64,000 nucleotides of DNA from Calditrichia bacterium (GCA_963796965.1 CAWCNS010000004.1:288001-352000), one strand, 5' to 3'. Shown: positions 22,230 to 34,449, counted from the stretch's first letter. The notes: a model not told the origin generated them from the sequence alone. Made by a program: numbers and translations.

Positions 22230-23166
22230 ATGACTGATTTTGTTTACGACCCCTCGCACTTTGTTCCTTTTAGAGATAAAAAAGTAATCGAAAGAGTCAG
22301 AAAAATAAAAAGTAAAGAAATTGAGAATCATCCGAATCCCGATTATAAAATACGAATTGTACCAGATGCTGATTTGTCCCTAATCACTCTGTTTGATGCG
22401 TTTCACCGTATAAAGACATCAGCTGATAACAATGATTCAATTGTGATGATTATGCCAAATCCCTGGCCGCAGTTCAGGATGTTGGCGCACATGCTCAATA
22501 AATTTCATGTGAATTGCCGCAAGCTACACACGTTTAATATGGATGAATACGCTGATCAGGATGGTAAAATTGCGCCCGAAACATGGATTTATGGTTTTGG
22601 ACATGCTTTCAAGAAATATTTTTATCATAATCTTGATAAGGATCTCAGGCCTCCGGAAAAACAAATTCATACATTCACCAATGATAATATCAATGATTAT
22701 GGAAAAATGATTTCTGATCATGGTGAAGCAGATATTGTCTATAGCGGTCCGGGTTGGACCGGACATCTGGCCTTTATCGAGCCGGATGCACCAGAATTCA
22801 AGGCCAAATCTATGACAGAATGGATGGAGATGGGACCGCGTATTGTGACGCTTAGCCCTTTTACATTGGCACAAAATTCCCTGCATGGCAGCTTTGGCAT
22901 GAGTGGTGACCTGGCCATGGTTCCACCTAAAGCGGCAACTATCGGTCCCGCTCAGGTTGTGCAGAGCCAAAAACCGCATACAATCCTTTGGGATTGGTGT
23001 TCACGGTACAACCACTTCCTGGCAACGATTGATTTCCCGTCTGGTGATGCATGGCGAGCCAACGCCATTAGTGCCGGAATCTGTAAACCAGCTCCTGCGA
23101 ACAGACGCCTATGTTACTGAAACCATCGCTATGGATATCAATCCAAACTGGGAAAAAGGCTATTAA
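22230..23166 (+). CDS. NagB/glucosamine-6-phosphate deaminase-isomerase-like protein; frameshift near 22966
   Basis: HTFNMDEY, GPGWTGHLAFIEP, PPKAATIGP; ORF 22903..23166 supplies the C-terminus. Confidence 0.7.
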
Positions 23167-25548
23167 ATGACCAGACAGGAAATAAAAAAATTATTAGAGC
23201 AAGGTGAAGTCATTATTGACAGCCATACACATGTGGGCATTTCACCTAAATTTTATTACCAATATGGTTATCCTTACGCGCTGTCACTTGAAGATCTGGT
23301 TATTCGAATGGATGTGCATGGCATTGATCATGCGGTTGTTTTCCCTTTTGTGGATTCTGCTTTTTATGAAAATGATAGTCAATCAACTCAGGTGAAAACG
23401 ACAACCCGATATTGTCATTTTCCTTATGAGATAGAGAACAAGAACCTCTTGAATGAAATCCATGAAATATTTCCAAAACACAGCCAAAAGTTTTTTCCTT
23501 TTCTTATGTTTGATCCTTCGCGAGAGACAGAAAAACAAGCTGCCTTTATGGAAGAATTATCAGAAAAACATTCTGTTTTTGGTTTAAAAACGGCAACTAC
23601 CTATATCCAGGCTTTTGTGCACGATCTGGAAACCAAAGGTAAACCAATCCTTGATTTTGCACAAAAAAAGCAGATTCCCATCGTTTTTCATTCTGCTGTA
23701 CACCCTGCAGACCCTTGGGCTTCGGTTTATGATATTGTCGATTTTGCCGAAAAACACCCCGGTATTCGTGTCTGTATTGCTCATTCCGCCCGTTTTGTTA
23801 ACCCTGTTCTGGAGAGAGCTGACCGTTTGAATAATTGTTTTGTCGATCTTTCGGCATTCATTATTCATTGTAAATTGGTAATGCAAAACTCAACTGCTGT
23901 AGCAAATGAGGATATTCGTTTTCCGGCTGACTATAGTGATCCGTTAAGAGTGATGATTCAGCTAGTTGAAGCATATCCTGATACAATGCTCTGGGGCAGT
24001 GATACACCCTTCTATTACTGGATTCAGAAATATTTTACTGGTGAGGGTGAACTCGTAACGGATAAACTTCAATGTGGTTACAATGAGGAGGCAGAATTAT
24101 TACATAATTTGCCAAAAGAGATTAAAACAAAAATTGCCTATAAAAATAATATACGTTTTATTTTTGGAGAGATAAAATTGAGAGAGTTACGGGCAGGTGC
24201 TGTCACTATTGAGGTTACGCCTCAAAAACCTATGTTCCTGCATGGCTATCCCCATGTTGAGCGGATCAGCCAGGGAACTCATGATCCTCTGTATGCTTCC
24301 GCTTTGATTATAGATAATGGTGAAATTCAGGTTGGCTTTTGCGCTGTTGATCTTATCTTCATTTCAAGGGAAATTACTGAGAGAGTCAGAAAGCAGGTTC
24401 AAAAGGTTACCGGTATTCCGGGTCATAATTTAATGCTTTCCGCATCCCATACCCATTCCGGTCCTGTAATCTTTAGTGACATCTTTTACGATCCGGTAGT
24501 GCCTAAGGCAGATCCTGAATATATTTCTTACCTGGTAGATAAGTTAGTGCAAGTCTACGTGGGAGCGTTTCAAAACAAAAAGACATGCAAAATTGGTATC
24601 ACTACCGCTAATGGATCCGGTGTTGGTGGAAACCGGCGGAATAAAACCGATGCCGTTGATCCGGAAGTTCCTGTTATTGTAGTAAAGGATAGTGCATCGG
24701 ATAGGATAATCGCCCTGTCAACCGTTTATTGCATGCATCCCACAGTTTTGCATGAGGATTCAAAACTTTATTCTGCTGACTTTCCCGGTTATACCCGTGA
24801 TTATGTAAAAAAGGAAGTGGGTGATGATGTTGTTTTGCTCTATCATACCGGACCATCCGGCAATCAATCCCCACGTCATTTCATTGAATCAAATACGTTT
24901 AATGAAGCAAAACAACTTGGCTATATGCTGGGCAAGCAAATCATGAATAGCATCCGGCAGTTAGATGACGGCTATTTCAAAGATTGGATTCCCATCTCCG
25001 TACGGCAGTCCAGCGTGATGCTCCCTAAGAGAACATTCATGACGATAAAAGATGCTGAGACAAAATTGATATTAGTTGAGAAAAAACTAAAACAAATGCG
25101 CCTGGATAATGCGCCAGCCTCAAAAATAAGAACAGTTGAATGCGATTTGTTTGGCGCTGAAGAAAACAAACAGTTAGCCGAAATGGCGGCTAAGGGAGAA
25201 ATTGACCAGATTTATCAAATGGTTTTACCTGCAGAAATTGATGTGGTTAGTCTTGATGAGAGTCATTTTGTTTTCTTGCCAGGAGAATTGTTTGTTGAAT
25301 ATTCCTTAGTTTTAAAAGAAAAATCAGCGGTAGAGACTTTTGTTGTCAGTTTATCAAACGGGGTTCTTGCCGGATATCTCGTAACAGAAGAAGCGGAACA
25401 AGAGGGCGGGTACGAAGCCTCTAATAGCATTTTTCCGGCAAAGGCTGGTCAAGTTTTGGTTAACGAAGTTTTATCAATTCTGGGGAAAAAGGATCTGGAT
25501 AGTGTCATCCCGATAAATTCAGGACATGATAGAATGAGAAAGGATTAA
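23167..25548 (+). CDS. Amidohydrolase domain fused to a neutral/alkaline ceramidase-like domain
   Basis: IDSHTHVG, IAHSAR, WGSDTP, then GTHDPLYASAL, SASHTHSGP, CMHPTVL, SADFPG, PGELFVE, EGGYE. Confidence 0.75.
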   Translation: MTRQEIKKLLEQGEVIIDSHTHVGISPKFYYQYGYPYALSLEDLVIRMDVHGIDHAVVFPFVDSAFYENDSQSTQVKTTTRYCHFPYEIENKNLLNEIHEIFPKHSQKFFPFLMFDPSRETEKQAAFMEELSEKHSVFGLKTATTYIQAFVHDLETKGKPILDFAQKKQIPIVFHSAVHPADPWASVYDIVDFAEKHPGIRVCIAHSARFVNPVLERADRLNNCFVDLSAFIIHCKLVMQNSTAVANEDIRFPADYSDPLRVMIQLVEAYPDTMLWGSDTPFYYWIQKYFTGEGELVTDKLQCGYNEEAELLHNLPKEIKTKIAYKNNIRFIFGEIKLRELRAGAVTIEVTPQKPMFLHGYPHVERISQGTHDPLYASALIIDNGEIQVGFCAVDLIFISREITERVRKQVQKVTGIPGHNLMLSASHTHSGPVIFSDIFYDPVVPKADPEYISYLVDKLVQVYVGAFQNKKTCKIGITTANGSGVGGNRRNKTDAVDPEVPVIVVKDSASDRIIALSTVYCMHPTVLHEDSKLYSADFPGYTRDYVKKEVGDDVVLLYHTGPSGNQSPRHFIESNTFNEAKQLGYMLGKQIMNSIRQLDDGYFKDWIPISVRQSSVMLPKRTFMTIKDAETKLILVEKKLKQMRLDNAPASKIRTVECDLFGAEENKQLAEMAAKGEIDQIYQMVLPAEIDVVSLDESHFVFLPGELFVEYSLVLKEKSAVETFVVSLSNGVLAGYLVTEEAEQEGGYEASNSIFPAKAGQVLVNEVLSILGKKDLDSVIPINSGHDRMRKD

Positions 25549-25554
25549 AAAAAC

Positions 25555-25760
25555 AAAACCACAGAGGCCACAGAGAATCACTCTGCGAACCCATAAAGAA
25601 TATTCGAGATGTATCTGTAATCATTTTAAAAATTGAAAGATTAAAAGATGGATATAGTGGAGTGATTTTTAGGAGATCACAGAGAGAGGTATAAAATAAA
25701 TTATTTAAGTTAATAAATATTAAATAGTTACTCTGTGTGCTCTGTGGTTTTTTTTACACT
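25555..25760 (+). mobile_element. Internally deleted GxxExxY-associated element retaining a degenerate 3' gene remnant
   Basis: Left arm aaaaccacagaggccacagag; remnant IERLKDG (25632-25652) then gagatcacagag; right arm ctctgtgtgctctgtggttttttttacact; homologous to 46356-48616. Confidence 0.7.
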
Positions 25761-25785
25761 TCCATGGTTTATATGAGGAGGGTAG

Positions 25786-26715
25786 ATGGACGCAGGAGAG
25801 ATGGGTGGTTACCTCGTAAGCATCCCTGTAGCCTGGGATCAGGATGATCAGTTTTTACCCAATCTGTTTCGCAAGGCGATCCAAAAACTGTTGCAGGAAG
25901 ATTGCGATGGGCTCTATCTTTTTGGTACAAGCGGTGAAGGGTATGCGGTGACTGATGATGACTTCATCCGGATTGTGGATGTTTTTGTGGATGCTACGGT
26001 TGATTTTACGGGGTTTCGTCAGGTTGGCTGCCTTGGCCTGAGTTCAGATCAGGTGAAGCATCGTTGCCGGATTGCGGCTGAACGTGGCTTAAAAAGTGTA
26101 CAGATCACACTGCCATTTTGGAAGGAACTAAATGATGTGGAACTTACCCGCTACTTTTCAGATGTCTGTGGTAGCTTTCCGGAATTATCCTTTCTTCTCT
26201 ATAATAATCCTCGTAATAAAAGAAGGTTAAAGGGTAAAGAACTTGAGGCCCTTCACAAGGTAAATCCAAATCTCTATGCGGCCAAGACTGGATCGGGCAC
26301 ATGGCTGGATTTCTTTGAATTAATTACCGAATCACCGTCGATTACGCATTTTGTTACAGAGCCGGCTTTTCTATTCTCCTACAGTCTGGGTACAGTCGGT
26401 CTGATTCCTTCATCGAATTATGTCTTCCCGCAAAGATCTCGTGCCTATTATGATGCGGTAATATCCAGTGATTTAAAGACGGCTGGTCGCCTCCACAGGG
26501 AGATCATACGATTTTTTCATAAAACGGCCATACCCCTGGTACATAAGGGTTATATTGATGGTGCGATTGATAAAGCATATGCACGGATAGGTGGAATGGA
26601 CATACCTTTAAATATAAAATCACCATATGTTCCCTTGAGCAATGAGGATTTTGCCTGGCTTAATTCTGTGGTGCAGCAAGAATTTAACGATGATTTATCC
26701 TTAAATAAGGACTGA
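25786..26715 (+). CDS. DapA/N-acetylneuraminate lyase family class I aldolase
   Basis: LFGTSGEG, LYNNP, Schiff-base Lys in AAKTGSG. Confidence 0.8.
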   Translation: MDAGEMGGYLVSIPVAWDQDDQFLPNLFRKAIQKLLQEDCDGLYLFGTSGEGYAVTDDDFIRIVDVFVDATVDFTGFRQVGCLGLSSDQVKHRCRIAAERGLKSVQITLPFWKELNDVELTRYFSDVCGSFPELSFLLYNNPRNKRRLKGKELEALHKVNPNLYAAKTGSGTWLDFFELITESPSITHFVTEPAFLFSYSLGTVGLIPSSNYVFPQRSRAYYDAVISSDLKTAGRLHREIIRFFHKTAIPLVHKGYIDGAIDKAYARIGGMDIPLNIKSPYVPLSNEDFAWLNSVVQQEFNDDLSLNKD

Positions 26716-26721
26716 TAGATA

Positions 26722-27498
26722 ATGAAAATGAGAAAAAGCAGGGTTTTAAAAAAATTAAGGGCAGGAGAGATTGTCAGCTGTTTTAATGTTCATTTCGATG
26801 CTCAGTCTTCGGATATTGCCGGCATGAATGGGTTTGATTGTTTGTGGATTTGCCGGGAACATCTCGCCCAGGATTGGTCGACCCTGCAAGCGCATGTGTG
26901 GGCAGCAAAAAGTCATAATATGGATGTAATGGTACGTGTCCCACGCGGTAGTTACAGCGACTATATCAAACCACTTGAGTTAGATGCGAGTGGTATCATG
27001 GTGCCACATATAATGAGTCTTGAAGATGCCCAAAAAGTGGTGCAAATGACGCGATTTCATCCCATTGGCCGGCGACCGCTTGACGGAGGCAATGCTGATG
27101 GAGGATATGCCATGATGAATCTTCCGGATTATACAAAACAGGCAAATGAAGAGCGGTTTATCATTTTACAAATCGAAGATCCGGAAGGACTGGACGATTT
27201 GGAGGCGATTGCTGCTTTAGATGGCATTGATATGCTGTTCTTTGGTCCGGGTGATTTTAGTCATGGTATCGGTGCACCCGGTGATTGGAATCACCCGAAA
27301 CTTTTAGATGCACGCAAACGTGTCGCCGAGGTTGCAGTTAAGCATGGGAAATATGCGGGGATTCCGGCCAGTATTGAAAATTTAGATGGCTTTATCGCAA
27401 TGGGATATAAATTTTTCGCTATCGGGGCGGATGTAATTTCCGTGGGCACCGATTGCAAACAGCTCATGGATGGGTTTTTAGATAAAGTAAATGGATAA
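26722..27498 (+). CDS. HpcH/HpaI aldolase family protein
   Basis: GFDCLWICREH, VRVP, RFHPIGRR, QIEDPEG, FFGPGDFS. Confidence 0.85.
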   Translation: MKMRKSRVLKKLRAGEIVSCFNVHFDAQSSDIAGMNGFDCLWICREHLAQDWSTLQAHVWAAKSHNMDVMVRVPRGSYSDYIKPLELDASGIMVPHIMSLEDAQKVVQMTRFHPIGRRPLDGGNADGGYAMMNLPDYTKQANEERFIILQIEDPEGLDDLEAIAALDGIDMLFFGPGDFSHGIGAPGDWNHPKLLDARKRVAEVAVKHGKYAGIPASIENLDGFIAMGYKFFAIGADVISVGTDCKQLMDGFLDKVNG

Positions 27499-27988
27499 CT
27501 TGAGTACCGAGGTTATAGGTATGCCCAAACAGTCAATGACACGAAAATCTTCGGATAATCAATATTTACACAAGGATTTCCATATTGCTTTAAATCACGG
27601 CCTGGATTATCTGCAGAAAAATATGGGCAGGAAAGCAGTTAAGGAGTACCTGACACAATTTGCGAATACATATTATTTTCCTCTTAAAACTTCTATAAAG
27701 AAAATAGGATTACGTGCTCTCAAGGAGCATTATGAAAAAATTTATAAAATTGAATCCGCTGACTTCAAGATAAATATTTCGCAAGACGAATTAACCATTC
27801 ATTTATTAGCTTCACCTGCAGTAGGGCATATTAAATCGAAAGGGATTCCGGTCAGCGAATCTTTCTGTGAATCTGTCATCACTGTAAATAAAACTATATG
27901 CAGAGATACGTTATATGATATGGAAATGCTTGAGTATAATGATGATACTGGTGCCTATCGCATGCGGTTTTTCAGGAGAACAGCATGA
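27491..27988 (+). CDS. Conserved hypothetical protein
   Basis: 165-aa ORF overlapping both neighbours (translational coupling). Confidence 0.7.
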   Translation: MDNLSTEVIGMPKQSMTRKSSDNQYLHKDFHIALNHGLDYLQKNMGRKAVKEYLTQFANTYYFPLKTSIKKIGLRALKEHYEKIYKIESADFKINISQDELTIHLLASPAVGHIKSKGIPVSESFCESVITVNKTICRDTLYDMEMLEYNDDTGAYRMRFFRRTA

Positions 27989-28422
27989 TATCATGCACAG
28001 AATTCATCCCAGCATATAGTGAGTTATTCAAATATCTTGAAGATAAGCAGGGAAAAGCAGCGGTCAATTCTTTTTGGAATTATCTGTCTGATGTATTTTT
28101 AACAAATCTTAAGGATATTGTTGTCTTAAACGGAATACGCGGTTGCTGGATTTACTGGAGTAAAACGCTTGAAGAGGAGGCAGCCGATTTTACTATGGAA
28201 TTAGATGAAAGGACGGGAGAATTCTCCATTGCGATGCATTATTGTCCTTCAAAGGGCCGCCTGCTTAAAGACAAGCATATGGAACCCTACCGTGATTATT
28301 GTGAACACTGTGATGTGCTTTATCGCAGGGTACTGGAACCTTTAGGATTTACATATGATCTGGATCGTTCTCAAACAGATCAGGCAAAATGCTATCTTTT
28401 GATTAAATCGAATAAAAAATAG
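27985..28422 (+). CDS. Conserved hypothetical Cys-rich protein (possibly V4R/H-NOX-like fold)
   Basis: ATGA overlap with the upstream gene; HYCPSKG, YCEHC and C-terminal AKC. Confidence 0.7.
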   Translation: MISCTEFIPAYSELFKYLEDKQGKAAVNSFWNYLSDVFLTNLKDIVVLNGIRGCWIYWSKTLEEEAADFTMELDERTGEFSIAMHYCPSKGRLLKDKHMEPYRDYCEHCDVLYRRVLEPLGFTYDLDRSQTDQAKCYLLIKSNKK

Positions 28423-28484
28423 TGTAAACAAATTATTGAATCAGTAAGGAATTAGCGTGAAAAAAATATCTCCGTGGATATTTA

Positions 28485-29987
28485 ATGAATACCGATAATA
28501 CTGTATTGACCAGTTTAGACTGGATTGTTATCATAATTTATGGTCTTGGTATGTTGGTTGTGGGTTTTTATTTTTCTTATATCAATAAAAGCTCTGATGA
28601 TTACATGCTGGGTGGAAGAAATATGAAATCCTGGCGGGTCGGGCTTTCTCTTTTTGCCACCATGTTTAGTGCAGTCTCCTACCTTTCTATGCCTGGGGAG
28701 ATGATCAAACACGGTCCAATGATATGGTCGATGGTAGCAGCGCTGCCATTTATTTACCTTGTTGTCGCTTATTTCTTTATTCCCTTTTTTATGAAACTAA
28801 AAATAAACAGTGCTTACGAATTGCTGGAATCCAGGTTGGGTTTGGGAAATCGTCTTCTCGCGGTTTTCTTTTTTTTATTAATGCGATTTATCTGGATGGC
28901 TGTGATTATTTACATGGTATCGGAAAAAGTCATTGTTCCTATTATGGGCTGGCCGGAGGATACGGCGTTAATGGTAAGCATTATCATGGGCGTAATTACA
29001 GTAATTTATACTTCCTTTGGAGGTTTGCGCGGTGTTGTCTTAACAGATGTTGTACAAACATTTATTTTATTTGGTGGCACTCTCCTGGCTATATTTTTGA
29101 TTACCAAAGAGTTGGGTGGTGTTTCTGCCATTATTCCCTCGCAATGGCCGGAGCAATGGTCTGGTTGGATCTTTTTTGACACTAATGCCCGGGTTAGTTT
29201 TTTAACAGCATTTATTACAGCCTTTGGCTGGTATGTCTGTACGGCAGGATCTGATCAAATGGCTATTCAGCGCTATTTGGCCACACGTGATGTTAAAGCA
29301 GCGCGACGGATGTATTTCAGCTCACTTGTTTCTAATCTTTTTGTTTATATCCTCCTGGCTATGCTTGGATTGGCTCTTTTTGCCTATTTTAAGATGTACC
29401 CGGATCTTCTTGCGGGTGGCTCATCCATGATTGATGCTGCGGATCTTATGTTTCCGCGATTCATCGTAATTGGTTTACCATCGGGCTTTTCAGGTTTGGT
29501 CATCGCCGGTTTGCTTGCCGCTGCAATGTCAAGCCTTTCCTCCGGGATAAATTCTTCTGCTTTGTCGATTATCAATGATTTCATTTTACGTTTTCGAAAA
29601 AATTCATTTACCGAGGCCCGCATCCTCAAACTAGCAAAAGTCATTTCACTGGGTATCGGTGTCATCATTGTATTATTGAGCCTCGTCATTGGCAATGTTA
29701 AAGGGAACCTGTTGGAGTTAACTTACAAGACGATTAACCTGTTGGTGGGTCCCCTGTTTGTGCCTTTTTTTATGGTGATGTTTATACGTAAAGCAAAACC
29801 GATGGCTACATTTATCGGCACATTTACAAGTGCTGTCGCAGCAACTCTAATAAGTTTTTCACAAGAGTTGTTTTCAATCACAATTTCTTTTCTGTGGATA
29901 ATTCCGGGCTCATTTCTGGTCGGCGTCATTATCAGTGTTGCTTTGAGTCTTCTCTCATTTGGACAGAGTAAACCAGGGTCTGAGTGA
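28485..29987 (+). CDS. Sodium:solute symporter (SSS) family sugar transporter
   Basis: LDWIVIIIY, DYMLGGR, SAYELLESR, GGLRGVVLTDVVQ, DQMAIQRYLA, AAAMSSLSSGINS. Confidence 0.9.
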   Translation: MNTDNTVLTSLDWIVIIIYGLGMLVVGFYFSYINKSSDDYMLGGRNMKSWRVGLSLFATMFSAVSYLSMPGEMIKHGPMIWSMVAALPFIYLVVAYFFIPFFMKLKINSAYELLESRLGLGNRLLAVFFFLLMRFIWMAVIIYMVSEKVIVPIMGWPEDTALMVSIIMGVITVIYTSFGGLRGVVLTDVVQTFILFGGTLLAIFLITKELGGVSAIIPSQWPEQWSGWIFFDTNARVSFLTAFITAFGWYVCTAGSDQMAIQRYLATRDVKAARRMYFSSLVSNLFVYILLAMLGLALFAYFKMYPDLLAGGSSMIDAADLMFPRFIVIGLPSGFSGLVIAGLLAAAMSSLSSGINSSALSIINDFILRFRKNSFTEARILKLAKVISLGIGVIIVLLSLVIGNVKGNLLELTYKTINLLVGPLFVPFFMVMFIRKAKPMATFIGTFTSAVAATLISFSQELFSITISFLWIIPGSFLVGVIISVALSLLSFGQSKPGSE

Positions 29988-30197
29988 TCTGAAATTCCGG
30001 AAAAGTTAACTATCCAGATGTAGAATGAATGAGTAAATAATGTAAGTTTTAGGGAAGCATTAAAATAATACCAATCGATAAGTTTTAAATTATTCTCACC
30101 AAATGGCCGGTTTTTTTGGTAAAAGGGAATATGCATTAATCTATAAATCATATTCTTAAAGATATAAATCCTGCAGGATATTAAGGTTGATAAAAGG

Positions 30198-33157
30198 ATG
30201 AAAAACATACAATACATCAAAATAAATATAATGCTAGTGGTTATACTCATAATTAATTTAGATCTTGTAAGTTGTACCTTGGATTTTACGGATAGCGTAA
30301 CTATTGAAAACGGTAATTTCAAATATGAAATCGCCGGCAATGGAAGAAACCTTCATTTTATAGATAAGGTGACTGGTGAAGATTATCTTGATTCCGAAGC
30401 ACCTTCAAATTGCGCCTATATTATAGTTGATGGAGAAAAACATGAAATAACCGCCTTAACACGTGAGAGAGAATATCTTACAATGGAATTTGGCAAGTCA
30501 GGTGTTTTAGCCAATATTCACATTCGGAATACAAAAGATCATATTACGTTAAAAGTTGCATCTGTTACTGGGGATATCGAGTCGTTTGTTTTTTTGAATG
30601 TTCCCCTTAAGCTCGAAAGGACAGCCATATGAGCCTTTTGCCGCCTGTGCACTCTCCATGAATCTATTTACTCATGTCAGACAGTTACCCCCTTTGCAGA
30701 CTCATCTTTGGGCAAAATGTTATAAAAGATTTGGACTGGAAGGGGCTGAAATAACCCTTCTTGGTCTCCCTCAACCGAAAATTCTTCCTGTCATCCGAGA
30801 TGTCATATCAAACGCGAAAGGGATACCTTTTTCTGATGAGGGCGGTGCCTGGGCACTGATGAAAAAAGAGGGGTATGGCTCATATCTTATGAATTTTGGA
30901 ACCCTGACTGAAAATACGGTGGATGAGTGGATTGACACATGTCATAGGTTGGGATTCAACCAGATAGACAGCCATGGAGGAGGAAAATTTTTTGAATTTG
31001 GTACCTTTGAACTTAATAAGGAGAAATGGCCCGATGGATGGGAATCTTTTAAACGGATCAATACCCGGTTACATGAAGAAGGAATTTCCCATATTTTTCA
31101 TACGTATGCATTTTTTATAGATAAAAGTTCAAAATATGTAACACCTGTGCCTAGCAAAGATCTGGGGTATGGTAACATCTTTACTCTTAAGGAATCCCTG
31201 GGGGAAAATACAGATGAAATTATTGTAGAAGAATCCACAGCAAACATTTCAACAATTACCGGATTTCATACCGAGAATAGTGTGACGCTTAAAATTGGAG
31301 ATGAGCTGAATCGAGTTTAGCGGGGTAACCAAATCACCTCCATATAAGTTTACCGGTCTAAAGCGCGGTGCGAAAGGGACAAAGCCATCATCCTACCAGG
31401 CTGGTGAGATAGCTTTTCATTTGAGTGAAAGGTTTGGGAGGTTTGTTCCAGGTCCGGAAACTGCATTATTTAACGAGATAGCTCAACGCCATGCTGAAAT
31501 AGTAAATTATTGTGAATTTGACGGAATATATTTTGATGCAATTGATGGGAGTGCTGTACTTGGTGGTGATGAAAACTTCTGGTATTATGGTACTAAATTT
31601 ATTTTTGAAGTAGCAAAACAATTGAAGCGTCCGGTTGGAATGGAGATGAGCTCCATGTCACACCACTGGTGGCATTACCGGTCCCGATGGCAGGCATGGG
31701 ATCGGCCGGTTCGTGGATATAAACGGTTTATTGACATCCATTTGGCATCAATAAAGGCATCAGGACTCTTTCTGCCAGAAGAAACAATATCATATGAATG
31801 GGAACATGGCAGGTGGCCCGGTTACTCATCTTTGATTGATAAATATGCCGGTGTTGACAAAGGACAAATGCTTCTTCCACTTCACTTAGGCTGGTGGGGT
31901 AATCAGACCTGGGCTCCACCACAGATTGAACCAACTTTTCCTGATGATATTGAATATCTTGGCTGTAAGATGATAGGTAATAATGCCGGATTCTCACAGT
32001 TGGGAGGAGTTGACAAGAAAACCCTGAACGAAATTCCCCTCTTCAAACAAAATGCAGAAATCATTAGACAATATGAGGAGTTAAGACATCTGAATTATTT
32101 TAATGATTCTGTCCGTTACCTTCTCCGCCAGCCAGGAAAAGAGTTTACCTTATTTCAAGAAGAAAAGGGAGGGTGGAATTTCAAGCCAATAGCTTATCAA
32201 AAACATAAAGTTGCCGGACTCAATCACTCTTCTGCACGTTGGACTGTAAATAATGAATTTAATAAGCAACCTGTAAAGCTTAGAATAGAATTGTTAATGT
32301 CGGCAAAACCCTTTGATGATCCTTCAAATATTGTTCTAACTGATTTTTCAAAGCCATCTGAGTTTATAAATAAATCAAGTGCAAAAGGTGTATCCGGTGA
32401 AATAATCATATCAAAGGAAAAAACAAAAAATGGCGCGCCAAGCGTCATATTCACAGCACAAAGTACCGGTGAATCTGCAAAAGATGGTTCATATATCAAT
32501 ATGGAAAAGAACTTTAGCCCATTGCTTAATCTTAATAAAAATCAGGCGCTCGGAGTCTGGATCAAGGGAGATGGTAACGGGCAAATATTGAATTTGAGCA
32601 TTAGGAGTCCATTAAATATTTCCTTTGGTGCGCATGGGGATCACTTTGTCAAAATTGATTTCACAGGATGGAAGTATTTTGAATTAGTCGAAATAGAATC
32701 TTCAGAAATAAGCAATTATTTCTGGCCTGATGATTCACATTTCTTTGTCTATGACTCTTACAGGCATACCGTTCAGTTCGAAAGCGTTGAAAAGTTGCAA
32801 CTGTGGTATAATAATTTACCACAAGGGAAAGAAGTCGGCACCTTGGTGGGACCAATTAAGGCGATAGAAATGGTTTCTGGAAATATCGAAAATCCATCCA
32901 TCATGATAGGAGGAGAAAAGGTTGTATTTCCAGTCAGGATGAAATCGGGTATGTACCTCGAATTTCGAGCTGCTGATGAGTGCAAATTGTACGGCTCCAA
33001 GGGGGAATTACTCAAGGAGGTAACACCGGTGGGAAAGATCCCTCACTTAGCAAAAGGTAATAATGAAATCTCATTTTCAGGCATGGGATCAGAGCAAATA
33101 AATACGCGTGTGCAAGTTACTGTCATCAGCGAGGGTGATCCTCTTGATATAAAATGA
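30198..33157 (+). CDS. Large hypothetical lipoprotein / putative glycoside hydrolase; frameshifts near 30620 and 31310
   Basis: Three consecutive ORFs (30198..30632, 30598..31320, 31421..33157) join into one reading; FDGIYFDAIDG. Confidence 0.6.
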
Positions 33158-33253
33158 ATGTAAGTTAATTGAAATAAATTAAGACTATTTAAAAGTAAGT
33201 TTATCCTGTTAAACCAACTCAGTGATGCCTTTTTGGGATAGTATTTTACAGTT

Positions 33254-34248
33254 ATGAAAGAATTAAAACGAAACGACGACGACCGGTTTATCTATGACAA
33301 TGAAATTGGCCCCCATTTGCCTGATCGGATATTTGATGCTCATTGCCACCTGTTGAATACAGAATTTCATGATTACAATCACAGTTCTGATACAAGTGAT
33401 CCGACCACTTTTTCTATAATGCAGGAATAGATGATTTACAGGCTAGCTGGAAAGTTTTGTTTCCTGACTCAAGTGTCCACGGATTAATTATGGGTACACC
33501 TTTATACGACTGTGATCTGGAGTCAGAAAACACATTCGTAGCTGAGAGTATTCGTAATAAAAGAGATCGTTTCTCTATGATGGTTAAGCCACAAATGTCT
33601 ATTCAAAAACTGGAAAGTATGATCAATACATACACTCCTTCAGGTTTGAAACCGTATCTTGTCCATGCCTTGATTTCCGACAAGCAAAATGCGAGAATAA
33701 CCGATTTTATCACTGAAGAACAATTACACCTTGCAGATAATTATGGACTTTGTATCACGCTCCATGTATCAAAACCACAGGGAATGGCAGATCAGGAAAA
33801 TTTACAAGATATTTCCAGACTGATAAATCAATATCCAAAAGTACAATTTATACTTGCCCATTGTGGACGTTGTTTTATCGCGCCCAATATGGCTACCGCT
33901 TTGGACGTACTACCCGTAGCAGAAAACCTATGGATTGATACTTCAGCCGTATGTGATATGGGTGTTTTTATGGAGCTGTTTTCACGATATGATCTTTCCC
34001 GTATCCTCTTTGGATCTGATTTGGCTTCTGCAACGGCTTTTCGCGGAAGTTATGTCCGCCTTGGCAGGAGCTGGCATATTGTGACACCACAGTTAATTGC
34101 CCGTGAGGGAGGATTGGAAAGCAGGGCTACTTTTGCCATATATGAAAATCTAAGTGCACTTTTTCAAGCGGCCCGTTTTTGTAATGTCAGTGAGAGTGAT
34201 ATTCAAAATATTTTTTACAACAATTCGGCACGTCTGTTCAAACTATAA
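33254..34248 (+). CDS. Amidohydrolase family protein; frameshift near 33418
   Basis: ATG 33254 gives MKELKR..IFDAHCHL; the downstream ORF has LAHCGR, IDTSAV, LFGSD. Confidence 0.75.
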
Positions 34249-34271
34249 TCAGCTGGATTAATTTATAAAAA

Positions 34272-34400
34272 TTTCACGCAAAGGCGCTAAGACGCAAAGA
34301 AAAAATTATCAATATAGATTTAAAAAAAATTGGTTTAATTTTAAATTCCGACATTTTTTCTTATAAATAATATTTTGCGACTTGGCGTCTTTGCGTGAAA
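34272..34400. repeat. Intergenic inverted-repeat element (CGCAAAG units)
   Basis: tttcacgcaaaggcgctaagacgcaaa versus tttgcgacttggcgtctttgcgtgaaa, 24/27 complementary, AT-rich spacer. Confidence 0.9.
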
Positions 34401-34449
34401 AGAATTTCCCGGACTAATTTTTAACTGTAGCAATCAAAAACGAAAGGAA

